Below are positions 27,146 through 37,949 of a DNA stretch of 64,000 bases, piece by piece. Origin of the DNA: Nemertoderma westbladi (lineage: Eukaryota; Animalia; Xenacoelomorpha); NCBI GenBank assembly GCA_032718475.1, contig JAUCBJ010008230.1:104437-168436 (forward strand), read 5' to 3'. Position 1 is the stretch's first letter. Every line of letters starts with the position of its first letter. The translations under genes were made by a program, and so were the position numbers. The notes under the pieces are model-generated. The model had not been told where the DNA came from. It made no database searches and was given only the letters and a program-made list of their open reading frames with translations.

Positions 27146-30100
27146 GCCGAAAATTAGCGTGGATTGTACGTTTTGTACAATACGTTAAAGGCAAACACGA
27201 CTTTACACGTCGACTTACATTGACTGAGATTGACAGATGTGAAATTAAATTAATTCGCCATTACCAACTGCGATATTTCACGCGCAAATTCACATCTATA
27301 AGTCAAGGTCATCCAATCAAGTCGTCACCAATATTGAGTTGGAGTCCGATAATTTATAATGGCTTAATTTGTCATAAATCTCGGCTTCAAAACATTGACT
27401 TTAACAATAACTTTAGGTACCCAATAATAATACCGCAACATCACGAATTACAACGTGCAATGATACTGGACACACATTTACATCTGAAACACGCTGGAAG
27501 ACACCACTGTCTTTCCTATTTATGTACAAGATTTGTATTAATTAGACCCAGTAAAGCGTTAAGTTCAGTGAAACATACGTGTATTATTTGTAAAAAGGTA
27601 CATTCTAGAATAGGTACCCAAGAAATGAGCGAACTTCCACAAGCACAACTACAAGCATTCACACCACCTTTCACAGAGACTGGAATTGACTGCTTTGGTC
27701 CCATACATACGAAACGTGGACGTATACTAGTAAAACGCTGGGGACTGCTTTTCACATGTATGTCCAGTAGGGCTGTTCACATTGAACTGGATCTTTCCAC
27801 CAACGCCTTTATACTTGCATTACGGCAATTTATCGCTAGATGCGGACTAGTAAAATGCTTGTACTCAGACCAAGGTACAAACTTTGTTGGTGCTCGAAAT
27901 GAAATTGCTAGAGCCTTTAAGAAATTAGATCATGATCAAATCTCAAACAAACTACGTCCTTACAAAATTGTTTGGAAGTTTAATCCTCCAGATAGTCCAT
28001 GGAGAGGCGGAGTCTGGGAGAGACTGATAAGATCTATTAAAACAGCCATGGCAAAGGTCATTCCAGTACACCACATCTTGACAGACGACCAACTGACCAC
28101 ATTGTTTGTTGAAATCGAGGCAATACTAAATACTAGACCAATAGTATTAGTACCCGATGACAAACAATCCCAATTTGCTTTAACACCGGCACACCTGCTG
28201 ATGCAGGCACCGACAACATTGACGCCTATTTCTATTCCAATAGAAAGCGATAGCTATGGTAGAAAAGCGTGGAAAATCACGCAACTACTGGCTAACAAAT
28301 TCTGGGAAATATGGCAAAACCATTATTTGCCCTCTATTTCTGCCAGAACAAACTGGTACAATAATACCCGCGCATTAAAGCCGGGAGATCATGTGCTGTT
28401 AGCAGAAGTGAATCTAAAAAGACGCTTCTGGATAACAACAGGTGTAATTTTAGCCACATATCCATCTATGGATGGAGTGACAAGAACTGTGACGGTACGG
28501 ACAATTGACGGTCGTACAGTAGATAGAGCGACTCAACGTCTCGTACTTCTAGAAGAGACTCGGAACGAGTCTGGAGACTAGAAATCTCCATCTAATGTTA
28601 GTAAATAATAAGGAGTTTAGAAATAGATTTCCATGTACCTGTACACTGTAGTAAAGACAGCGGTAGAATTCCATTGTCTTTATATGTGAACATTGAGGGT
28701 AGTACCCTTATGTGTCACATAGGAGCGGGATTTGCAGGTATAAGAAATGGAATTCTACATGGAACTCACAATATTGAAACATTTTCGAAATTTAAATAAT
28801 CCATTTTGGATTTGAAAATGTTAAAATTTTCTCCAGTGAATAGATTTCAGGGTACAGTCGGGCGGAACTTAAAATTAGAGAAACAAGAGAACGGAAGACT
28901 TGCAAGCCTTTCTTAAATTTAATTAAATTTTACACGGTCTTGTTTCAATAAGTTACGTCAAATAATAGACTTCCCTATATTTATTACTAATCTTGATTGC
29001 TTATTTTCTGATAATAGTTTGGGACCAAAAGGTGAGTATTTTAGACTCACAGCCAGTTTAGCCCAAAAAAAAATCGTTTTTATTTCGGCAAAAAATTTAG
29101 ATAAGAAACAGTGTGTTATTAAAGAAACCCTAGATCTTAGGCTATGGGTAGGAATTTAGAGCATTGTCAAAGCACAAAGGGCAGACGAAAACCCTCACAT
29201 CTCCTCACAACTAACAATAAACTCTGTTGTATTCCCTCTAGTAGCAATGATTATGGCGAAAGGGATTCATGGAGAGCCGAGATGGGGATATGATATCCAA
29301 GAGGAAGCAGCAGCGCCATTCGAACGATTTGGAGCTAAGGACTACACCATATTTGGAATAAAGGATTTATCAGAAAGTACAGCGAAACTCGCAAAGACTA
29401 AATATGACTCGAACATATTAAAGAGGAGGCAAAACGCGCTAAACGAAATAATCGAAAGTTTGCGTAAAACCTTCAATGAACTTTACCCGTATGATGCTTT
29501 ATGTGATACGGGAGATATTAGTGAAGATTAGCGAAATTAGCGATATTAGCGAAATTAGTCGTTTGTATCACACTATGCAATACCTGAAAGCAGATGAACC
29601 TATGCCTGCGGTACGCGATGAATTCGATTGAATGCATCTTTACAGACGAACTCAAGGAGACGATAGAGAAACGAAGGAAGCCTTTTCAGTTTACAAACTT
29701 TATTATAAATGTGGTGCTTGTATGCGCGAACAACAAAAGGCGATTCCGATGCGTTTGAATAAGGAAAATCCCGAACCGATTGGCAAGGTGTTCAAACCAT
29801 CAACAACTACGCTACCAGGAAGGAGGGTATCCTTTATCGAATCCGTATCATTCATTTGCTATGACTGGTCCAAAGGCGGGAGAAATTGTCGTTTACCCAC
29901 CTAAGATTGTTGAACCCGATGTATTCGAACTTACGCTGGATGAGGAGACTCAGTCAACCCGCGAAAAGAAAGAAGCTCTTAGCCTATACAGAGCCTACAA
30001 GGCTTTCAAGGAAGGTGAGATGGAAGAATGGGGCGGAAGACTTGCAAGCCTACCTTACCATTGGACGTCACACGATCAAACTTCAGCTAAGGAGATGACA

Positions 30101-32518
30101 CCGGAAGTATTCGAAAGTATAAACTTTGCTCAAAAACGTTATTCAGAGACTACAGATTGCATCTCCGGAAAGGACAAGAGAAATGCAATCGCGTAGTACT
30201 TCGACCACGAAACCATTGAGTATGACACTCAATTACCCTATTAGTATACCAGTCCGAGAGGATACGATGTATGAAATACCTATCGTGGATCATCCGGAAA
30301 TCATTTCAAACTTGGAGTTTCTTCCTGCAGTTGTTCTAAGCGATATGGTTAAGATATATGATTTATGTAGACATATTACGCAGAAGGTCGTGCATAATGT
30401 TCCGCCTCATATTCAAGACTTTAGGGAATTGGATAGAGCTGGTGCCGATATAGCTCCGAGTAACCTGAAAGGATATTTAACCAGAACGATTCGTTTATGG
30501 ATTGGAACCGGAACCTTCGAGTCGGATACAGACATCGCCACGAACTGGCAAGGTAAAGTCATTCATTTCGAGGACGAGAGGGATATAGAGAAGATTTGGC
30601 AACCTTGGAAGAATTGATGGATGAATGGAACAGAACGTTCAGATCATTTCAAGAGAATGGCTACATGTTTTGCGGCAGCCATCAACAAAGTCTGACTTCC
30701 AAGACTATACAAATTAGAGCGGCAGGCGGAGTCTTGCACGTTTTCAGTAGACAAAGAAGCGACAAACGAATGCCGATACCTCCAGCAAATACAAAGCGAC
30801 ACCATCTCATCACTAACATAGTAAAGAAGATGGACCAAGCTTGCAATATCGATGCTAGAATGCTACCAAAGATGGTAAGAAATATGATTTTAGATAAAAC
30901 GACCGATTACCGACACCTTACGTCAACACTCGACCTCTTATCCTGTGGTCTATAGAACAAGGATTTTTCCATGAGTATGATACTCAGAAAACCGGAACTG
31001 GATACATCTCCTACCTAATGTTTAATTGGGATTATAAGGAAAGTAAAAGAACCAAGTATATTGAAACGTATGGAGAAGGTGATACTCCGGATATAAACGA
31101 GTTTGAATCACAGCTCAAATGGAGAGGATGCGTGTATTGGGCTATTACGTCACCTCCAAGAGCGGTCCTACAATATTATTTAGCGATAGAGTCATCAGTG
31201 AATGTTTGCCTAGTCGCCAACATTGTGTCTCGGACTCTTAAAAGACATCAACTTTGTCTCGGAGAAGATCATACGTTCTACGCGGAAGGGAGAATTCATA
31301 CCGAAGTGTTTAGACGATTTCTCGAACCCTTCTACAATTCCGACGCTTAGTGCAATGCCTTTACTCGAACAGGATTTAGTATATTTCGAGACGTGTATCT
31401 TCGCTGTGCGGGATCTCTTATCGAGAGACCATCTATGTTTACATTGTTACCCTATGAAGGAGAACGTATCGTGGAGATTACCGACGAATCACGGCAGACG
31501 AGCGCACCTATCGGTCACTTAGGTGATGATTTCGACGTAATGACAACCGTTGATGATCCTCTAGAGGAACTTCTTGAGATTGAAAGGAACCTCCCGAAGA
31601 AATCTCAGACGGAGATTCGACAACTTGAAGCAACAGATGCTGTAGTTTGTATACAACCTTCTGAAACATACCAACATGTAGATCCAGACGACTACGACTA
31701 TAGTGTGGGAGGAAGCGCTCGACCAATTGGAAATCTTATATATGAGCGAGTGTGGTACCCTGCTAACACTATGTGTGGTAAATGTGGCGTCACTGGACAT
31801 CATTCGACAAAGTGCAGTGAAAAGCACATTACTTCAACTCAACTGATTTGTGGATGGTGTGGAGATCGAGGGTCCCATACATTTTATACTTGCTGGAGAT
31901 TTATGGCTCAATGCACATACTGCAATATAAAGGGACATCGAGCATCTGAATGCCAATTACGAGACATACCATACGAACACGAATCTGTAAAACTTGTGAG
32001 AAAACTATTTGACGAATGGGAAGATTTAGCTGACAAACATGTATCGGCGCAAGAAAGACGATTCCCAATGAGAGCACATCTTGGATTTTGGGCGGTAAAC
32101 CCTCAAACTAGGATGTCAGAAGGATATATCTCCGCTATGCCCCAATATGATAAACTTATCGAGGTAGTCGATATTTTGCCTCACGATAGTGGATTTCGAG
32201 TTGTGCGCAAATGTTTGTTGCAGATTCACCCCGACAATAAGAATACATGGCACTTCCAGAAAGTCGTTAATCGTATCACATATGGTGAATTCGATTGTTT
32301 CCGATCGGAAAAGCGAAACAAAGGAGCTTGGTTAACCGTCGCATGGGCGTACCGAGCCGCCTTCTACCATAAACGTATACGAGCGAGCGTATTCGAGGAA
32401 GAGGAGATCCTAGAGGCGACCAACATACCAGCCACTCCAGTTGCGCCGTCTGCACGTCACCCTCGGGAGGACTGGCAGAATAGGATCATCAGGGTTCAGA
32501 AAGTGAGCCAACACTTAA

Positions 32519-34091
32519 CCCTATTAGTACCGGGCTATAAAATGTTGTACAAATACCGGGAGGGGGTCATATTGACCCCCCCCCCCCTCTAAAATCTACA
32601 AATATTTACGAAAACGTCTGATTTTTTGTTTGTACGTAGGTATCACTTGTCTGGATCCGACCGAAAAAAAAATTTCGAAAAAATGTACTGGGGTGGTTAT
32701 ATTGCAGCACCAAAATTACAAGTAGTGCACAATTTTCACCAAATTTGAAAGTTACATTTTCGGCTAATTATTTTTCAATACAGGTTTTCTGGGGTGTAAA
32801 ATACTTTGGAAAATATTAAAAAATGATATGATTACTATAAATGGCTGTTTAGTCCTCTCTGCGTAGGAAAAAAATGAAAAAAACAAGTAACCAGCACTTT
32901 TCAGATAGAACTCAAAATTTTTAATTCACTTATACGATGCTATAAATTCACATTTTCAGGTTTTCGAGGGCGCTGATTCTAATGGAATACATTTCTAATA
33001 TGCTAGATCATTGCTACTTGTATTTTTCGGCGTAATTTGGGAAATTTTGGTGCTAGCACCAAATTTCGTACCCATCACCAAAAAGTACAAGTTTGCGATG
33101 TCCAGTGCAGTTTTTATTGATTCCATCGGATTCAGGACCCTCGTAAACCCGTATAACGCAAGAAACAAGGTGATACTATCTACTTATCAATTTGCATATT
33201 TTCCAAAATTTGGTGCAATTTTCAACAATTTTCAACAATTTTCACCCACCGGCGAAAAATACAAGTTTGACAACTCTTATGAAATTTTTACTGATTCTAT
33301 TGAATTCAGAACCATCACAAACCCGTATAACGCAAGAAACAAGGTGACACAATCATTTGATATATTTGATGGTTTTCAAAATTTGGTGCTAGCACCACAT
33401 TTTGCACCCACATCCGAAAAACACAAGTTTGAGATGTCTAGTTCGATAATTATATTTTCCATTGAATTCAGAACAGCCATAAACCTCTAAAACGCAAGAA
33501 ATAAATTCTCACAAGCAATTTTATCTATTGAATGGATTTTCAAAATTTCGTGCTAGCACCAAAATTTGCACACAGCACCGAAAAATACAAGTTTGATACG
33601 CTTGGTGCAACTCGTATATATTTCTTCGAATCCAGAAACCCAAAAAACCCCAAGTCCCAACTCCAAAAACAAGTTTCAAACGATCAATTTACAAAATTGA
33701 CTTATTTCAAAATTTGGTGCTGGCACCAAAATTTGGCACCCACCGAAAAAAACAAGTTTAAAATTTCTAAATCAATTTATATGAATTCCATCAAATTTCT
33801 AACACCAAAAAAACCGTGTAAATAAAAAATAGAGATGTTACAATTCATATTTAATGAAATGTAATTTTCAAAAAACGTCTCAAAAAAAGGCCAAAAGTAG
33901 GGTTAAAATATGGCGCTATAACTCGAAAAGTACCCAATATTTTTGAAAACGGTTTTCACTACTAGGAAGACAATAGATTTTTAGGAAAAGTCATAAAATT
34001 TCAGATTCCCAACTGCGTTTGTTTCAGAATTATAATAAAAAAACCACGGGAAGGGTCATATTGACCCCCCCCCCCCCCGGGTTTAATAGGG
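32519..34091. mobile_element. non-autonomous piggyBac-type DNA transposon
   Basis: TTAA TSD (32515-32518, 34092-34095); TIR CCCTATTA...TAATAGGG; subterminal GGGTCATATTGACCC at both ends; no transposase ORF. Confidence 0.88.
33040..33830. repeat. ~167-bp internal tandem repeat (5 copies) in the piggyBac-type element
   Basis: AAATTTGGTGCTAGCACC...ACAAGTTTG recurs at ~33043, 33207, 33379, 33543 and 33710. Confidence 0.8.
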
Positions 34092-35180
34092 TTAAAGAAA
34101 ACTATCAACATTGAAGAACGCAAGGGAAATGAACCGACTATTCGAGTTACTCGGGATACGGTGTCACTTCCCAGAGAACCGCAAGGAGGATCGGGACATA
34201 TACCAGCTGATTAAAGGGGGGCGCAAGTTTCTCTTGGGTCTGCGTCGTCCGCTCCTCCCGCGCGTTCCCAGACGTTTTACCAACAGTAGACACAACCGGT
34301 CGATCACGAGGAGTCGGTCGAGGCTTTGGGATGCCTGAGGATATGGGCCTTGGGGATTTTGAGGAAATGGTTGCACCATCTCCCAACGTCCAAGCGATAC
34401 TAGTGACTCGCCCCACAAGTCCCATATCGCGAGCAAAGTCACCTGTATGCAGTTTTCGAGGACGCGGCAGGGCTCGATCCACCAAGCGGTAAAAGGGAGG
34501 GCAAGGGTGGACGGAAGACTCGTGAGCCTTTCTTGTGAATTTTGTGATTTATTTGAATTATATGTTTTATATTTAGTAAGTTTTGTATTCGGAAGGAATT
34601 TATATTTAGTAAGAATTTATATTTAGAAGGAATTTGTATTTTGCAAGATTTATATTTTATATTTGTGATTATTCCGTTTTTATGCAATTTTTACTGTTTC
34701 GAATATTATGCAATTTATATCTTATAAGCAGTATTTTGTATTTGCAGTGAAATAGAAGGCAAGAGTGGACGGAAGACTCGTGAGCGTTTCTTAGGATTTC
34801 ATTTGTAAATCGTTATATTTGTAATTATAAATTTTATATTTAGAAAGTTTGTACTTAGAGAGACTCATATTTGAAATTATTCCGAACTTATGCAATTTAT
34901 ATTTAGGCACGAAAGTATTTGTATTTGTAATTATTTGAATTTATGCAATATCTGAGATGCAATAGATTTATATTGGTGAATTTAATTTAGATTTATATTG
35001 TACTTACTTAATAAAGTCTTAAATACGTAAAGTTTGAATTTGTAATTATTTTGTATCTAATCATTATGTAAAGGTATTATTGTTTGAGATTTAATTTGTA
35101 AATTTATGTAGGTACGCCCCAACTATTTCATAATTTGATTTGATTGGTGAAAACCGTATATTTTATGCACGATAATATCC

Positions 35181-35196
35181 TGTTTTCATGGAGCGG
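35181..35196 (+). other. polypurine tract of element A
   Basis: TGTTTTCATGGAGCGG abuts the 3' LTR; identical sequence abuts the 3' LTR of B (51470-51485). Confidence 0.7.
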
Positions 35197-37092
35197 TATA
35201 GAATTATATCCTCATAAAAGCCGTGGATTTTCAAAATTTTATTTTGTTCAAATTAACTTGTTATAAAGATTACATTAAGTCCTCATTTGTATTTACTATA
35301 GCTATTTGTATAACATTGTTCAAGTGGTTTATTAGCTCAGTCGGTTAAGCGTTAGAAAATCGTGTAGTAGTTATTGAGTTCGAATCCTAGCAAGTGCGAA
35401 TTATTTTTTGTGCTAAATTTCAACTCATTCAAATTTACCGCTACGATTTAATTGCATCTGCTTAAGGTAGATTAACCAATGTGATTGCAGTTATTTGATA
35501 GTAACCAATGTCGTGCAAGATACGTGTTTGCTGGACCAATGATTATCTTTAAAAACCCCATAGAACGCATAGAACAATCGAGATTTATCTCGATTGATTG
35601 CAGCACAAAATTTGCTATAAAAGGTGCGGTTTTGTTCATTAGTTATCACTTCATTTTTCTAATCTTACTTCTGATATTCACTTCTTTATTATACTTTAGT
35701 AGTTCTTTAGTGTATATTATCTTTATTAGTTATCATTAAATTTTGTAATAAAGTTAGAAGTATTTGCTATATCTGCCCTTTTTTACTATGTTTTCACCAC
35801 GGTGAACACAACTGAGGAGCAGGATGGCAGGCTAGACATCGGGCCGCGGCAATAGACAGGAACATCAGAGGAATGTAGGAAGAGACAACCCGCAATATCA
35901 TCCGTAGTTATTCGCCCATCGCCTGAAAGGTTAGACAGCGTTCGATGCCTTGGTACCTAAGTGTAAGACCTAAGATTGAAGGTAGAGGTATTGACACGCT
36001 GTGCGCCAAAAAATTACATTTAGGGACTGTACTTTCTTAACTCAGAGAAAACCCGCAGTAAGCCTTCATATTCCTACGGGGGAGGAGAGAGAGAGTAGAG
36101 CAGGTAGAGATACTAGTACTCAGATAGGACGCAGGCACACTAGTACAAGGCATACACATTGGTTGGGTGCAGCAAGCTGTACGCCTAACTCTTGCTAGGT
36201 ACAGGTGCGTCGGTGACCGTTTGTAGTACACGGTATCTACTATTTGTGTTGGAACTTGTAGGCCAGGAGGTTACTGTGTTTTTACCTGAATTGGGATTGT
36301 ACCATTCAGGCGGTAGGGCAGTTTATTGCTAGGCGCAAATAAATTAAGGCTATTAGGGATACTAACATCTACCGTGTCCCCGCCGACTTTCTGATAAGGA
36401 GTTGCCGTGCCCACCTAGGCAACCAAAATTCTAGATAGGAAGCCAGGCCAGCTATTTGTAACTGTACGCCTACTGTAGTAAACTAACACATTTCTTCTTA
36501 GTATTAGGGACATGGTAATTAAAACTGCCGAATTCTGGGTGTAGTATTAACCTTATGCCTGAATTTGAGTCCTGGAAGTACACAAAAGGGGAAGGAGCCT
36601 CATTATTTGTGAGTATTGGACCTACAAGCCGTAAATTGGGGTATTTATAAAATACACCAGACCCAGTAATTATATATATGAAGGATTAAAACTGATTTTG
36701 ACTGTGGGAATTAACACACGCGCGCGTTAGAAATTATTTACACCTCAAAATATATAAAACAATTTTTGTCCTTACTGCACTTTGGCCGCTAGTTAGACAT
36801 TTAGCTAGCAACCCTCACCCAACCCTTATAAATCACACCGCGGCAAAGTATACAAGCGTCTTTAGTCCATCAGTGAGTCAGTCCGATTTTAGGATTCGCT
36901 GCGCGGGATTTTGTTTTATCGAAGTTTGTCCGTTCGTAGACTGTCTTCTGCCTCACCGGTTATAAGAGACTAATACTGCAATAGGTTCGCATACTTGGAG
37001 TTTACTGTTTTGGTGAGAAGGTCGACTTTATACTTTGATTCACAGACTTTACAGTAGGATATTGCAGGTATTAGGTACGTCTCTTCGCTATA
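35197..37092 (+). repeat. 3' LTR of element A (1896 bp)
   Basis: Starts TATAG right after the PPT and ends CTATA before the TSD ATTTT. Confidence 0.88.
35326..35398 (+). promoter_or_regulatory. tRNA-like Pol III cassette in 3' LTR of A
   Basis: Copy of 18031-18103: TAGCTCAGTCGG ... GAGTTCGAATCC. Confidence 0.7.
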
Positions 37093-37949
37093 ATTTTCAT
37101 ATTCATGACTTCTAACCCACTCCAAGAGATAGACAATCTTAAATGAAAGTCAAAAGAGCAGGTAACACTTACATTTATAGAAGTAATCAGCTGTTCTTTA
37201 CTTCGTCTTTCCCCTGGAGATGGTTGAATTTTGATTACGTCGGAACACCCCCTTTTTGAGGCTCTCAGAGTGAAGAGATAAGTAGCCTATCTCCCTGTTA
37301 ATATTGTTGATTTCTAGAATATTTATTATAGTTTCATCGTATTGCCAAAGCGGCTGGAGCCGAAGATAATATGTGATACAATAATTCACCTCAAATTTCT
37401 CAGCTATTCCATGAATATAATGAGTATTAAAGCTATGTCAAAATCCTTGGGGTTTTTCAGAAATAATTTATCAAAATATCCTCTGATTTTTTTCAAAAAC
37501 CACATCGATTTTCATATTCATAACTTCTAACCCACTCCAAGAGATAGACAATCTTAAATGAAAGTCAAAAGAGCAGGTAACACTTACATTTATAGAAGTA
37601 ATCAGCTGTTCTTTGCTTCGTCTTTCCCCTGGAGATGGATGAATTTTGATTGCGTCGGAACACCCCCTTTTTGAGGCTCTAAGAGTGAAGAGATAAGTAG
37701 CCTATTTCCCTGTTAATATGTTGTGTTCTAGAATATTTATTATAGTTTCATCGTATTGCTAATGTGGCTGGAGTTAAAGTTATTATGTAATGCAATAATT
37801 CACATCAAATATCTCAGTTTTTTCATGAACATAATGAAGTATTAAAGCCATGTCAAAATCCTTGGGGTTTTTCAGCAATAATTCATCAAAATATCCTCAG
37901 ATTTTTTACAAAAAACGACATCGATTTTCATATTTATAACTTCTAACCC
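37093..37949. repeat. two satellite monomers between elements A and B
   Basis: Same ~415-bp unit. Confidence 0.95.

Larger units (their letters stand above)
19239..28581 (+). pseudogene. pol: gag-pol of element A
   Basis: Gag core PPKFSGN (21997-22437), CWRCTQHGHVRKDC knuckle, protease ILHSAS (catalytic D changed to H), RT YLPHH...FYVDD, RNase H LHCFSDAS, integrase GIDCFGP/SDQG/GGVWERL; multiple stops and frameshifts. Confidence 0.93.
29247..34214 (+). pseudogene. extra ORF downstream of pol (ORF3), unknown function, three CCHC zinc knuckles
   Basis: Chain of frameshifted ORFs 29247-32518, resuming after the TTAA insertion to TAA at 34212-34214; CGKCGVTGHHSTKC, CGWCGDRGSHTFYTC and CTYCNIKGHRASEC at ~31772-31950; N-terminus homologous to 50554-50930. 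Confidence 0.7.
17902..37092 (+). mobile_element. BEL/Pao LTR retrotransposon element A, full length, decayed
   Basis: Direct terminal repeats; 5-bp TSD ATTTT (17897-17901 and 37093-37097) restores the satellite monomer; Gag-PR-RT-RH-IN order with BEL motifs. Confidence 0.93.

Noticed and set aside
27110-27150. Hammerhead-like string CTGGGAGGAGCCCAAAAGGACGAAAG, suggesting a retrozyme/DIRS-type insert with a CC duplication
   Set aside because: The CUGANGA core is broken. CCTCTGGG pairs better within a P9 helix (CCCAGGGG). The group I boundaries explain the ends and restore the Cys codon seen in B.
33011-33825. Transposase ORFs in the TTAA element
   Set aside because: Short ORFs generated by the internal repeat, with no DDD motifs.
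29247-34214. env gene
   Set aside because: No visible signal peptide, furin/fusion region or TM anchor; it has zinc knuckles instead.
35800-37092. Second group I intron or ribozyme in the long LTR U5 regions
   Set aside because: GACTG/CAGTC words occur, but I could not build P1 with a U.G pair, P3 or P4-P6 around them.
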